A stretch of 64,000 nt of DNA from Bacillales bacterium UBA743 (GTDB lineage: Bacteria > Bacillota_I > Bacilli_A > RFN20 > CAG-826), in contig DBKT01000012.1 in the NCBI GenBank assembly GCA_002297365.1, positions 22,941 through 86,940 of the forward strand. Reading direction: 5' to 3'. Position numbers and translations under genes: made by a program. The notes below the pieces were generated by a model. It saw only the letters and a list, made by a program, of their open reading frames with translations, did no database searches and was not told the DNA's origin. The first letter of the stretch is position 1, and each line of letters opens with the position of its first letter. Shown piece after piece: positions 34,626 through 44,231 of this stretch.

Positions 34626-34655
34626 AAAGAAAAAGAGCCCCTATTTAAGGGCTCT
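34626..34655 (-). terminator. Intrinsic terminator after nusG
   Basis: Stem AGAGCCC/GGGCTCT (34634-34640/34649-34655), followed on the minus strand by TTTTTCTTTCC. Confidence 0.6.
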
Positions 34656-34668
34656 TTGCCGGCATGAA

Positions 34669-35229
34669 TTAGATTTTCTCGATTTCAGAGAATTCGACAT
34701 CCACAGGGGTGCTACGCCCAAAGAAGACGGTATTAACGCGGCAGGCGCCAGTGTCTTTATCAATGGACATGATCTTGCCCTCCGTTCCTTCGAGAGGTCC
34801 AGAGATAATTTTAACATTGTCGCCAACGTTATAACGATCATACATCGACTCATCAACGAGACCCATTCTCTTTAAGACGGGTTCAATCTCTTCACGGGAA
34901 ATTGGAGTAGGCATCTTGCCTCCGCCACTGGAACCGGCAATGCCAGTAACCCCAGGGGTGTTACGAACAACGAACCAGGATTGGGTGGTCATAATCATTT
35001 CAACGAAGATGTAGCCTGGATAGAGATTTTTGATTTTCACCTTTCCGTTAGGGAGACCAGTTTCCTTATCGATGCATTTTTCTTCGTATTCGGCGACCAA
35101 AACACGAAAAATATAGTCTTCCATGTTCATGGTTTTGATACGGTTTTTCAGATTCTCTGCTGTTTTCGCTTCGTGAGCAGAATAGGTATTAACGATATAC
35201 CAATGTTTTTCGGCTAATTCTGTTGCCAT
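34669..35229 (-). CDS. nusG: Transcription termination/antitermination factor NusG
   Basis: WYIVNTYSAHEAKTAENL..., and the KOW motif DNVKIISGPLEGTEGKIMSID. Confidence 0.96.
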   Translation of the reverse strand: MATELAEKHWYIVNTYSAHEAKTAENLKNRIKTMNMEDYIFRVLVAEYEEKCIDKETGLPNGKVKIKNLYPGYIFVEMIMTTQSWFVVRNTPGVTGIAGSSGGGKMPTPISREEIEPVLKRMGLVDESMYDRYNVGDNVKIISGPLEGTEGKIMSIDKDTGACRVNTVFFGRSTPVDVEFSEIEKI

Positions 35230-35232
35230 GTT

Positions 35233-35424
35233 TTATCCTCCAAAAGCGGCTTTCAATTGTTCGATGATTTTGGCTGCGGCTAAATCTTCCAGGGAAAGAA
35301 AGATAGCTGCGAAAAGCGCGATCACGACAACAACGGCGATGGTTTGCCAAAGCACGTCACGCTTAGGCCAGCGAACGCGTTTGCCTTCGCGAACGACCTC
35401 TTTCATGTATCTAATTGGGTTCAT
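35233..35424 (-). CDS. secE: Preprotein translocase subunit SecE
   Basis: 63 aa, MNPIRYMKEVVREGKRVRWPKRDVLWQTIAVVVVIALFAAIFL, with a single TM. It sits between rpmG and nusG. Confidence 0.92.
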   Translation of the reverse strand: MNPIRYMKEVVREGKRVRWPKRDVLWQTIAVVVVIALFAAIFLSLEDLAAAKIIEQLKAAFGG

Positions 35425-35439
35425 TGCTTCTCCTTCCCG

Positions 35440-35589
35440 TTACTTGCTCTCTTTATGCAAAGTATATCTGCCACAATGAGGGCAGAATTTTTTCAGTTCC
35501 AAACGACGAGGGTCATCATTACGCTTAGTAACCTGATAGTTTCTCGAGAGACAATCGGAACAAACTAAGAATACCTTTTCTCTTGCCAT
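35440..35589 (-). CDS. rpmG: 50S ribosomal protein L33
   Basis: Hand-translated 49 aa: [49 protein letters not shown] (CxxC...CxxC). Too short to appear in the ORF track. Confidence 0.9.
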   Translation of the reverse strand: MAREKVFLVCSDCLSRNYQVTKRNDDPRRLELKKFCPHCGRYTLHKESK

Positions 35590-35628
35590 GCCTTCAGAAC
35601 CTCAAATTCCTAATGAAAGAATTCACTA

Positions 35629-35652
35629 AGAAAAAAGCGAAGATTGCTTCGC
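35629..35652 (-). terminator. Intrinsic terminator after the sigma-factor gene
   Basis: Stem GCGAAG/CTTCGC (35637-35642/35647-35652), followed on the minus strand by TTTTTT. Confidence 0.55.
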
Positions 35653-35705
35653 CCCTATAATATAAAGCCAAGGGGCGCATATCGCAAACGATTTCTTTAG
35701 AAATC

Positions 35706-36302
35706 TTAACTTCCGAAGACAATCTTTTTTACGAGTTCTTCGTATTTATCGTAATCCCTGCTGGCTCTTTTAGGGCTGATGGAAAGGATCTTGCCAATCT
35801 CGGTAAATTTGCAGCCGTCTATCTTTAGCCTTGCGACTTGGAGCACTTCTTCTTCAAGTCCGTCTTGCACTTTTCCAAAACGCATCGCCTCTTCTAGATA
35901 GGTCACATACATTTTCGGGTCGATTTCCCCACTTGCGGGTATAACATCGTGAAGGCTCATTCCATCGCTGCCCATTTCACGATCAAGGGAAAGGGTTTTG
36001 ACATTCTTAAAAAGGCGCAGTTTCTCGGCTTCACGGATGAGGGCGTTTTTCAAGCTCCTGACAAGATAGGCGTGAAAGTTCCCTTCTCCAAGGGAATAGC
36101 TTTTCAAAGAGGAGTTGAAAGCAAGGAAAAACGCATGATTCAAATCCCAAGCATCAAACATAGCGGCCAAAGCGGCTGAGGCTTGATTGCAAAGGGTTTT
36201 CCTCCTATCGAAATAACGTTTTGTTAGAGTATAGAAAGCGTCGGCATTTTGGCTCCGAGACATAAGTAAAAGAGTCTCATCGGAGCAGGTTTCATAGTTC
36301 AT
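35706..36302 (-). CDS. Alternative sigma-70-family factor, SigH-like by synteny
   Basis: 198 aa with a region 2-like segment (FHAYLVRSLKNALIREAEK) and a region 4 HTH (KFTEIGKILSISPKRASRDY). Position upstream of rpmG-secE-nusG matches B. subtilis sigH. Confidence 0.7.
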   Translation of the reverse strand: MNYETCSDETLLLMSRSQNADAFYTLTKRYFDRRKTLCNQASAALAAMFDAWDLNHAFFLAFNSSLKSYSLGEGNFHAYLVRSLKNALIREAEKLRLFKNVKTLSLDREMGSDGMSLHDVIPASGEIDPKMYVTYLEEAMRFGKVQDGLEEEVLQVARLKIDGCKFTEIGKILSISPKRASRDYDKYEELVKKIVFGS

Positions 36303-36311
36303 AAAGCATCC

Positions 36312-37037
36312 TTATTTCTTAGAGCGAGATGCAACAACACCGGAAATAAGAATAGCGGAGGCCACAGAGGCGTTTAAAGAATTCACGTGTCCAGACATTG
36401 GAATCTTAACGATGAAATCGGAGTTCTTCAAAACTAATTTAGAGATTCCAAAGCCTTCACTTCCCACCACAAGAGCGATTGGAGAGTCATAATCCACGTC
36501 AAGGTAGCTTTGTGTAGCGCTGCCATCAGAGGAGACAATCCAATAGCCATTGCGTTTTAATTTCTCTATGGCTTGATTGAGATTGGCCGTGACAGCAACC
36601 TTTACGTAATTGATGGCACCCGTTGAAACTTTGGCAACCGTTCCATTAAGAGGAACTTCGCCATGTTTCTTCATGATGATGCCATCGACGCTAAAAGCAT
36701 CGCATGTGCGGATTATGGCTCCGAGGTTATGGGGATCTTCTATTCCATCAAGAATAACGATCAAAGGATACTTCTTTTCAGAAGGAATGCTTTGAAGAAG
36801 TTCTTCTAAGGAATAGCTCCTTATAGCTTCGCTTATGACGAGAAAACCCTGGTGGGAAGGATTTTTCGCCAAACCCGTTAACTCTTTTTCTTCTACGAAT
36901 TTAACGGGTATTCCTTTTTTCCGAGCTATCGCCACAAGTTCATCTTTCTCAAGACGCTTTAAAGTAAATAAAGTTTTTCCATTATCGGCCTCGAGGGTCG
37001 CTCGGACGGCATTCTTACCGTAAACTTGTATATTCAT
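36312..37037 (-). CDS. SpoU/TrmH-family RNA 2-prime-O-methyltransferase (RlmB/YacO-like)
   Basis: MNIQVYGKNAVRATLE..., LDGIEDPHNLGAIIRTCDAF, VVGSEGFGISKL, IPMSGHVNSLNASVASAI. The start was set to the ATG at 37037, since the track start at 37064 is a TTG. Confidence 0.88.
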   Translation of the reverse strand: MNIQVYGKNAVRATLEADNGKTLFTLKRLEKDELVAIARKKGIPVKFVEEKELTGLAKNPSHQGFLVISEAIRSYSLEELLQSIPSEKKYPLIVILDGIEDPHNLGAIIRTCDAFSVDGIIMKKHGEVPLNGTVAKVSTGAINYVKVAVTANLNQAIEKLKRNGYWIVSSDGSATQSYLDVDYDSPIALVVGSEGFGISKLVLKNSDFIVKIPMSGHVNSLNASVASAILISGVVASRSKK

Positions 37038-37066
37038 TATATTTAACACCTTGTCACTTTTCAATA

Positions 37067-37831
37067 TTAAGCTGTAACTTTTAATTCCAAAGGCTTCAAA
37101 GTGAAGCGAAGCTCATCCGTAAAGGAAGTCACGCTTTCTTTGGAAGCAAGAGCGCAGCGTAAAGTAATACGTATAGCAGAATTCTCTTGATAAGAGACAA
37201 GTTCCGTATACGTGTCGCGAATAGAAATGTTATAGCGGGCAGCAATCATGATGATTTCTTTCAAAGACGGCTTATCCGAAGGCAAGATAATCATCACACA
37301 AGGATTTTTGCCGGCAATCCATTTATCCACGCTATGAAGGACGATAAGAGAAACGAAGGCAAGAAGGAAGGATAGGGTGGCGAGAACGAAATTGCCACTT
37401 CCGCAAGCAAGACCAAGAGCCATAGAAACCCAGATGGTCGCAGCCGTAGTCAAGCCCTTGACGTCCAATCCGTTGTTCAAAATGGCGCCAGCGCCTAAGA
37501 AACCAACACCCGTGACAACTTGGGCGGCCAGACGGGAAGGATCCCTTGAACCGACCCAATTCCCAAAGCCATAAATGGAAACAATCATGATCAAATCGGA
37601 GCCGACGCCGACTAAAAGATGGGTTCTTAATCCAGCATCATGCCCTTTGTATTCCCTTTCAAAACCAATAAATCCAGAGAAAAGAGCTCCTAAGCCTAGC
37701 GAAAGAATCGTTAAAATCAGATTTCCCCATTCGGCGGGAATGACGCCGTTAAAGCCTGAATTAAAGAAATTGACGATTGTTGTGTCCCAAGTGTTCCAAG
37801 TCGGAACGGATGGTGAGGAATCTAGAAACAT
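37067..37831 (-). CDS. MgtC/SapB-family membrane protein
   Basis: GALFSGFIGFEREYKGHDAGLRTHLLVGVGS, four or five TM helices, and a C-terminal ACT-like domain. Confidence 0.85.
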   Translation of the reverse strand: MFLDSSPSVPTWNTWDTTIVNFFNSGFNGVIPAEWGNLILTILSLGLGALFSGFIGFEREYKGHDAGLRTHLLVGVGSDLIMIVSIYGFGNWVGSRDPSRLAAQVVTGVGFLGAGAILNNGLDVKGLTTAATIWVSMALGLACGSGNFVLATLSFLLAFVSLIVLHSVDKWIAGKNPCVMIILPSDKPSLKEIIMIAARYNISIRDTYTELVSYQENSAIRITLRCALASKESVTSFTDELRFTLKPLELKVTA

Positions 37832-37846
37832 GAACGCTCCTTTCTT

Positions 37847-39193
37847 TTAGAAGAGGTTTTTGGATAATAAAGTTTGGCGGATTTCGTCTGATTTGGCGAA
37901 GTCTTTATTTTTCTTGGCTTTATCATACTCTTCGTAGAGTTTTTTGTCTTCTGAATTCAGGTGCGGGATATGCAAGCTTATCCCAAGAACATCGCAATAA
38001 GAGCGCACCTTCGCAAAGGAGTCGCTTAAAGCCTCATAATTGATTTCTTTAACTCTCCAAAGGCTATTTAAGGTCTTTATTTCTTCATAAAGGACGCTTA
38101 AAGCGTTTGGAGTATTCAAATCATCGCACAAGGCTTCAAGGAATTTGCGTTCATCGGATGGCTTTAAGGCATCGACGTCGATGTCTTTTCTTTCAAGAAG
38201 AATGGCGACCTTTTTCATCGCCGTCTCTATTTGGTTATATTTCGTTTGCGCTTCTTTTATCGTATCGGCGCTAAAGGAAGCGGGTGCCCGATAGTGCGAA
38301 GCAAGCAGCATCAAACGAAAAGGAATACCGCCATATTCTTTCACCACATCTTTCATCAAAATAACGTTTCCTAAAGATTTGGACATCTTTTCGTTATTGA
38401 TGTTAATGAAACCGTTATGCATCCAAAAATGGGCCAATTTATGGCCATCATGGGCTTTTGCTTGAGCCATTTCATTCTCATGGTGAGGGAATTTTAGGTC
38501 AAATCCGCCACCATGGATGTCGATGTATCCTTTTTGCTCGGGGAAAAGAGTATGAATCATAACGCAGCATTCTGTATGCCATCCTGGGCGGCCTTTGCTC
38601 CAAGGTGTTTCCCATTGAATCCCCTCATCCGTCTTTTTCCAAAGAGCGAAATCCACAGGATCTTTTTTCTTATCCCCTACCGCGATTCTTGCACCGTTTT
38701 CCAAATCTTCGATGGAATTTCCGGAAAGTTCTCCATAGTTGGGGATCTTCTTAACGCTCAAATAAACATCGCCATCGGAAACATAGGCATATCCCGTTTT
38801 CACCAAATCTTCCACATAGGAGATAATCTCTGGCATATAAACGGTCGGTGTCGGGGTGTAATCCGGTTGGAGAGCGCCCACTTCTTCGACCAAATGACGA
38901 TACTCTTTAATGACGGATGTGGTTAATTCTTTTTCCGTGATACCTAGTTCTTTCGCACGTTTGATAATTTTGTCGTCAACATCGGTGTAATTGGAAACAA
39001 AGGTCACTTGGTAGCCGATATGCATCAAAAGCCTTCGTAAAACGTCGAAGGTGATGACAGGTCTAAAATTGCCGATATGAGGATCGTTATAAACCGTCGG
39101 TCCGCAACAGTAGATGGAGACCTTATTAGGAATTAGAGGAGTGAAAATTTCTTTTTTCATCCCCAATGAATTGAATAATTTGACTTCTTCCAT
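37847..39193 (-). CDS. cysS: Cysteinyl-tRNA synthetase
   Basis: CGPTVYNDPHIGN (HIGH), KMSKSLGN, 448 aa. Confidence 0.96.
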   Translation of the reverse strand: MEEVKLFNSLGMKKEIFTPLIPNKVSIYCCGPTVYNDPHIGNFRPVITFDVLRRLLMHIGYQVTFVSNYTDVDDKIIKRAKELGITEKELTTSVIKEYRHLVEEVGALQPDYTPTPTVYMPEIISYVEDLVKTGYAYVSDGDVYLSVKKIPNYGELSGNSIEDLENGARIAVGDKKKDPVDFALWKKTDEGIQWETPWSKGRPGWHTECCVMIHTLFPEQKGYIDIHGGGFDLKFPHHENEMAQAKAHDGHKLAHFWMHNGFININNEKMSKSLGNVILMKDVVKEYGGIPFRLMLLASHYRAPASFSADTIKEAQTKYNQIETAMKKVAILLERKDIDVDALKPSDERKFLEALCDDLNTPNALSVLYEEIKTLNSLWRVKEINYEALSDSFAKVRSYCDVLGISLHIPHLNSEDKKLYEEYDKAKKNKDFAKSDEIRQTLLSKNLF

Positions 39194-39260
39194 ATAAAAA
39201 GCCTCCTAAGCTTCGCCTCATTTTATGCCTAGCCTAATAATTGAGCAAGAAAAGAGGCTT

Positions 39261-40097
39261 CTAGCGTCCTTTCTTGAGCAAATAATTAAGGTAAAAAAGA
39301 CCTGCCCCAATCAAAACGATGGATGGAGAATAGAAAGCGAAGCAGAAATTTGCCGTGCGGATGTCAATCAAAGCATAGGAATATCCAAACGCCGAAACGA
39401 CAAGTCCGGCTAACGAAGCGAAGAAATTCATCACCGTCAAATAGAAAAAGATGTTTGATTTGTGAGAGAATCTCAGCTTCTCAAAGGAAAGCCAAAGCAA
39501 GCCAACGAGGGCTTCTAAAACGCCAAAAGCCAAAGCGATATCGGCAAAAATGCCAATATAGCTTACAGAAACATTTTCCCCTTGCGTCAAAATGATGGAG
39601 AAAGGAAAAGAGTTCAATAAAGCGGTTCCTAACCCTAAGTAGCCAATATAGGCAGCAAGGAGATCGTTCCCTTTTCTTTTTTCCGTTTTCCAAACGTGCG
39701 TCCAAATCAGGGCTCGATAAAGAAGGCTCATCAACAAAAGGAGGGACAATAAAGCAGCCGGAAAGATTCTAAAGCGAGGATCTATTCCACTGGGCAATTG
39801 TCTGAAATAGGTGAGAATAGCAAAGCCAAAATAGAAAAATTCCGCTAAAGCGATGCAAACAGACAAAAGATGATAGATGAAGTCGTCTTTTTTGTAAAAA
39901 TATTCCAAGGCGACATCCAAAAACAATAAGAGAATGGCAATCCCAAAAAACCCGCCCGCTTGGAGATATTCAAAACGGCTCGCATATTTGCTATCAAGAT
40001 AAGCGAAGGAATATCCTAAGGAAGCAAGTCCTAAAAAGATAGAAGGCAATATCCTAAGCGGCAAAAGATGCTTTTTCGGAAAGGAATCATTTTCCAT
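39261..40097 (-). CDS. Polytopic membrane protein, unknown function
   Basis: 278 aa with about eight hydrophobic segments and no recognisable motif. Confidence 0.55.
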   Translation of the reverse strand: MENDSFPKKHLLPLRILPSIFLGLASLGYSFAYLDSKYASRFEYLQAGGFFGIAILLLFLDVALEYFYKKDDFIYHLLSVCIALAEFFYFGFAILTYFRQLPSGIDPRFRIFPAALLSLLLLMSLLYRALIWTHVWKTEKRKGNDLLAAYIGYLGLGTALLNSFPFSIILTQGENVSVSYIGIFADIALAFGVLEALVGLLWLSFEKLRFSHKSNIFFYLTVMNFFASLAGLVVSAFGYSYALIDIRTANFCFAFYSPSIVLIGAGLFYLNYLLKKGR

Positions 40098-40737
40098 AAC
40101 TGTCTTCTAGCTCCTTTGGGGAACGGAAAAGGAAATCGGCTTTTTCTAAAAGCTCTGGCGTATAAAAGCCATACCCCCAGAGGCATAATGCGCTTTTTAA
40201 GAGGGCGTTTTTCCCAGTTTGAACATCCGTCTTAGAGTCGCCGACAAAGAGGGTTTCCTCTTTTTTAAGATGATATTTCTCTAAGAGATAATTCGGGATT
40301 CTTGGATCGGGTTTGACAGGCAATCCTTCGATTTGGCCGCACACTTCTTCGAAAAAGGACGGCCCATAGATTTTTTCCACGATGCGTTTCGCAAAAGCGT
40401 CCGGTTTATTCGTGCAGACGAATAGCCTTGCGCCTTTTTGTTTCATTCTTTCCAGGCTCTCTTTTAAGCAAGGGAAAAGAAAAGTGTGATCCTCTTGCTC
40501 TAAATGATATAGAGGAAGGTATTCTTTCTTTAAATTAGCGAATCTTTCTGGAGAGTCTTTTTCCTTCAACGCCCGGTGAACAAGCGTGTCCGCCCCTTCT
40601 CCAATCAAGTGTTTTGTTTCTTCCTTATCAAAAGAATAATCATAACCCGCTCTCTTTAGGGCAAGGTTAATCGCCAAACGGATCCCTTCTATGGTATCAA
40701 GCAAGGTTCCATCTAAATCAAAAATATAGTTTTTCAT
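40087..40737 (-). CDS. HAD-superfamily hydrolase (phosphoglycolate phosphatase/PGMB-like)
   Basis: IFDLDGTLLDT (motif I), VCTNKP (motif II), FVGDSKTDVQTG (motif IV). Confidence 0.85.
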   Translation of the reverse strand: MKNYIFDLDGTLLDTIEGIRLAINLALKRAGYDYSFDKEETKHLIGEGADTLVHRALKEKDSPERFANLKKEYLPLYHLEQEDHTFLFPCLKESLERMKQKGARLFVCTNKPDAFAKRIVEKIYGPSFFEEVCGQIEGLPVKPDPRIPNYLLEKYHLKKEETLFVGDSKTDVQTGKNALLKSALCLWGYGFYTPELLEKADFLFRSPKELEDSYGK

Positions 40738-40759
40738 AATTGACCCCTATAAGGATAAG

Positions 40760-40795
40760 GCAAAAAGAAAAAGAGACCAAGACAACTTGATCTCT
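40760..40795 (-). terminator. Intrinsic terminator after rplQ (end of the alpha operon)
   Basis: 10-bp stem AGAGACCAAG/CTTGATCTCT (one G-U pair), followed on the minus strand by TTTTCTTTTT. Confidence 0.6.
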
Positions 40796-40811
40796 TTGAT
40801 TAGACTTCTGC

Positions 40812-41213
40812 TTAGTCAGCCCAGGTCACCATTTCGACTTCGGCATTGTCGCCCTTACGGGCACCAAGCTTATAGACTTTGGTGTAACCGCCTTTGCGGT
40901 CTTTGAATTTAGGGCCAATTTCATTGAAGAGTTTGGTTAAGCTATCGACGCCTTTTGCGTCTTTGATGCCTTTGCGAAGGACTTTCTCACACTCTCTACG
41001 AGCAGAGAGATCGCCCGCTTTCGCATAGGTAACCATCTTATCGGCAAGCGAAATGAGTTCTGGAGTAACGCCAGAGGTCACGTTAACGTGGCCGCAAACG
41101 ATTAACTCAGAGACGACATTACGAAGCATCGAATAGTTTTTCGAAGCGGTATAACCGGCTTTAAAGCGAACACCGGCCTTACCGTGAACATTTTTTCTTC
41201 CTTGTGCTGGCAT
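40812..41213 (-). CDS. rplQ: 50S ribosomal protein L17
   Basis: ...SMLRNVVSELIVCGHVNVTSG...GGYTKVYKLGARKGDNAEVEMV. It is the last gene after rpoA. Confidence 0.93.
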   Translation of the reverse strand: MPAQGRKNVHGKAGVRFKAGYTASKNYSMLRNVVSELIVCGHVNVTSGVTPELISLADKMVTYAKAGDLSARRECEKVLRKGIKDAKGVDSLTKLFNEIGPKFKDRKGGYTKVYKLGARKGDNAEVEMVTWAD

Positions 41214-41215
41214 AA

Positions 41216-42226
41216 TTATTCTCCTACATAGTCACGGAAGTGCAAACCCATTTGGGCAAGCTTCTCTTTGACTTCTTTAAGCGACTTCTTACCAAGATTA
41301 CGGACCTTCATCATCTCATCTTCGCTCTTTTGAGTAAGTTCTAAGACGGTGGAAATGCCCGCTCTCTTAAGGCAGTTATTGCTACGGACGCTAAGATCGA
41401 GTTCTTCGATAAGCATTCCTTGGTATTTGTTCTCTTCTGGCTTAACTTCTTCTTTTTCAAGCTTGAAGGTTTTGACCTTTTCGTCAAGCTCTGCAAATTT
41501 TTGGAAGTGAACCACTAAGAGTTGGGCTGCCATAGCGACAGCTTCATGAGGTCTGACAGAACCATTAGTCGTGACTTCGAGAGTTAATTTGTCGAAGTGG
41601 GAATCGTGTTCGACACGAGTCGGCTCAACGCTATAAGCGACTTTCACGACTGGCGAATAGTTCGAATCGGTGGCAATGTAGCCTAATTGGTTGACGTTGC
41701 GTTCGACTTTGTTGGCGTCGGCGGTATAATAGCCTCTTCCTTCCCCAGCAAAGATTCTCATCTTGATGTGTCCTTCTTTTTCAACGTGAGCAATCTCAAG
41801 ATCTTTGTTCACGATTTCAACAAGGGCAGGGCAAACGATATCTCCAGCCTTTAAGACGCCAGGGCCTTGGAAGTCAACATCCAACTCCTTGGTCTCTTTT
41901 GGGTTATCCGTATCGATTTTTAAGATTAAGTCTTTGAGGTTAAGGATGATGGCGGTGACGTCCTCTTCCACTCCTGGAAGAGAAGAGAACTCATGGCGGA
42001 CGCCGTCGATTTGCACAGCATAGACGCTGGCGCCAGGAAGGGCGCTCATCAAAACTCTACGGAGTGCGTTCCCGAGAGTGATTCCAAATCCTCTCTCGAG
42101 AGGTTTGATCGCGAAACGGGCATAATGTTCTTTTTCGTCATCAACTTCGACATTGAAATCGAAAGGAATGAACGGCTTTGGAAGAACAAGCTCTTCGTTT
42201 GTTTGATCGATATTGTTATTAGCCAT
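41216..42226 (-). CDS. rpoA: DNA-directed RNA polymerase subunit alpha
   Basis: ...FAIKPLERGFGITLGNALRRVLMSALPGA..., and the C-terminal domain LDLSVRSNNCLKRAGISTVLEL. Confidence 0.97.
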   Translation of the reverse strand: MANNNIDQTNEELVLPKPFIPFDFNVEVDDEKEHYARFAIKPLERGFGITLGNALRRVLMSALPGASVYAVQIDGVRHEFSSLPGVEEDVTAIILNLKDLILKIDTDNPKETKELDVDFQGPGVLKAGDIVCPALVEIVNKDLEIAHVEKEGHIKMRIFAGEGRGYYTADANKVERNVNQLGYIATDSNYSPVVKVAYSVEPTRVEHDSHFDKLTLEVTTNGSVRPHEAVAMAAQLLVVHFQKFAELDEKVKTFKLEKEEVKPEENKYQGMLIEELDLSVRSNNCLKRAGISTVLELTQKSEDEMMKVRNLGKKSLKEVKEKLAQMGLHFRDYVGE

Positions 42227-42272
42227 TAATAATTTCCTCCTATATTTCCCTATTAGCCGAGAATGCTACAAA

Positions 42273-42680
42273 CTAGCCACGTGGTCTCTTTGGTGGACGG
42301 CAGCCGTTGTGTGGAATTGGAGTCGTATCAGAAATGGAGATAACTTGTAAGCCGACATTAGCGAGGGCTCTGACAGCGCTCTCTCTGCCTGGGCCTGGGC
42401 CTTTGACTTCGACATTGACTTGTCTTAAGCCTTGGTCGAATGCGGACTTGCCAGCTGCTTCAGCTGCTAATTGAGCAGCGAATGGAGTAGCTTTTTTAGC
42501 GCCTTTATAGCCTAATGCGCCAGCGCTAGACCATGCGATGACATTGCCTTGAAGATCGGTGATGTTAACGATGGTGTTATTGAAAGAGGCATGAACGTGG
42601 ACGGTGCCAACGGTGAAGTTTCTCTTAACTTTCTTCTTACGGGCAGAAGTTTTAACGGTTTTCTTTGCAGTTGCAGCCAT
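42273..42680 (-). CDS. rpsK: 30S ribosomal protein S11
   Basis: ...[28 protein letters not shown]...[15 protein letters not shown]. Confidence 0.97.
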   Translation of the reverse strand: MAATAKKTVKTSARKKKVKRNFTVGTVHVHASFNNTIVNITDLQGNVIAWSSAGALGYKGAKKATPFAAQLAAEAAGKSAFDQGLRQVNVEVKGPGPGRESAVRALANVGLQVISISDTTPIPHNGCRPPKRPRG

Positions 42681-42698
42681 TTTATTTCTCCTCCTTCA

Positions 42699-43073
42699 TT
42701 ATTTCGTAGCCACTTTCTTATTGGCAATGGTCTTTCTCTTACCCTTACGGGTACGAGCATTGGTCTTTGTACGTTGTCCACGGACAGGAAGGCCCTTCTT
42801 ATGACGGATGCCACGATAGCAGCCAATTTCGGTAAGACGCTTAATATTCATAGCGACTTCACGACGGAGATCGCCTTCCGTCTTATATTTGGCGACTTCT
42901 CCTCTTAAAGCGACGAGCTGATCATCGGTTAAGTTCTTAACGCGGATGTCTTCGCTCACGCCTGCATCTTTGCAGATTTTTTTCGCGGTTGTGTCTCCGA
43001 TTCCATAAATGTAGGTAAGAGAGATAACAACGCGTTTTTCACTTGGGATATCAACCCCATCAATACGTGCCAT
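42699..43073 (-). CDS. rpsM: 30S ribosomal protein S13
   Basis: [26 protein letters not shown].... Confidence 0.97.
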   Translation of the reverse strand: MARIDGVDIPSEKRVVISLTYIYGIGDTTAKKICKDAGVSEDIRVKNLTDDQLVALRGEVAKYKTEGDLRREVAMNIKRLTEIGCYRGIRHKKGLPVRGQRTKTNARTRKGKRKTIANKKVATK

Positions 43074-43093
43074 ATTTTGTGTAACTCCTTAAA

Positions 43094-43207
43094 TTAACCT
43101 TGTCTCTGCTTGTGCTTTGGGTTAGGGCAGATGCACATAACCACGCCATGGCGGCGAATAATTTTGCACTTATCGCAGATCGGTTTGACGGATGGTCTGA
43201 CTTTCAT
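43094..43207 (-). CDS. rpmJ: 50S ribosomal protein L36
   Basis: Hand-translated 37 aa: [37 protein letters not shown]. Too short to appear in the ORF track. Confidence 0.92.
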   Translation of the reverse strand: MKVRPSVKPICDKCKIIRRHGVVMCICPNPKHKQRQG

Positions 43208-43245
43208 AGTATTTAAACTCCTTTTTGGGGAACTGTTGCCCCACG

Positions 43246-43467
43246 TCAATTTTTGAAACGGAATGTAATGCGCCCACGTGTTAAATCGTAAGGAGAGAAT
43301 TGGACGGTGACTCTATCACCCGGAAGGATTCGAATGTAATTCATGCGAATTTTTCCAGAAACGCAGGCCTGAACGACCGCCCCATTTTGTAATTGGACTT
43401 TGAAGTTCGCGTTAGGGAGGCATTCTAAGACCTTCGCTTCGACTTCAATGCAATCTTCTTTGCTCAA
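43246..43467 (-). CDS. infA: Translation initiation factor IF-1
   Basis: [53 protein letters not shown].... The start codon is a TTG that overlaps the map stop (ATTGA) and is preceded by AAGGAGG. Confidence 0.95.
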   Translation of the reverse strand: MSKEDCIEVEAKVLECLPNANFKVQLQNGAVVQACVSGKIRMNYIRILPGDRVTVQFSPYDLTRGRITFRFKN

Positions 43468-44231
43468 TGGATTTTTCCTCCTTGCTCTAAAGTTAAGACC
43501 TCGAAACCGTCTTTGGTAACGAGGATGGTGTTCTCATAATGGGCACTGGGTTTCCCGTCTTTAGAAACGGTAGTCCAGCCATCCTTCATGGTTCTAAGCT
43601 TGTTAGAACCTTCAAGAACCATTGGTTCAATCGCTAAGGTCATTCCTTCGCGAAGAATTGGCCCTGTCCCTGCTTCGCCATAATCAGGGATATAAGGATC
43701 TTCATGCATCTCCCTTCCGATACCATGACCCGTGAATTCAAGCGGGACAGAATATCCGTTTGATTCTGCCGTAACTTGGATTTCGTGCGAGATATCGCCT
43801 AAATGGGCGCCTTCTTTGACTTTCTTTACCGCATTCCAGAAGCACTCTTCCGTCACTTTGATAAGACGAAGTTTGCTTTCTGGGCAGATGCCGACGGCAT
43901 AGGTTCGGCAAGCATCTCCGTTATATCCGTTTAAGAGAGATACGACGTCGAGGGAAATAATGTCTCCATCCCGAAGAACACGTTTCGGGGAAGGAATGCC
44001 GTGCACAAGGACTTCGTTTACGCTTGTGCATATTGCGCCTGGGAATCCACAATAGCCTTTTTCAGCACTCACGCCTCCGCCTTCAAGAATGACTTTCTCA
44101 GCCATGTCCGCAAGGTATTGGGTGGTAACGCCAGGTTTGACGAGAGGTCCAACCACTTCGAAGACCTTTGCCGTTAGGGCTCCAGCCTTCCTCATGAGCT
44201 CAATCTCTCTTGGGGATTTGATGATGATCAT
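43464..44231 (-). CDS. map: Methionine aminopeptidase type I
   Basis: [14 protein letters not shown], metal ligands in DIISLDV...[20 protein letters not shown]. Confidence 0.95.
   Translation of the reverse strand: MIIIKSPREIELMRKAGALTAKVFEVVGPLVKPGVTTQYLADMAEKVILEGGGVSAEKGYCGFPGAICTSVNEVLVHGIPSPKRVLRDGDIISLDVVSLLNGYNGDACRTYAVGICPESKLRLIKVTEECFWNAVKKVKEGAHLGDISHEIQVTAESNGYSVPLEFTGHGIGREMHEDPYIPDYGEAGTGPILREGMTLAIEPMVLEGSNKLRTMKDGWTTVSKDGKPSAHYENTILVTKDGFEVLTLEQGGKIH

Noticed and set aside
39194-39260. Possible T-box leader upstream of cysS.
   Set aside because: Only 67 nt separate cysS from the upstream gene, which is far too short for a T-box (usually more than 180 nt). No specifier-loop or T-box sequence is visible.
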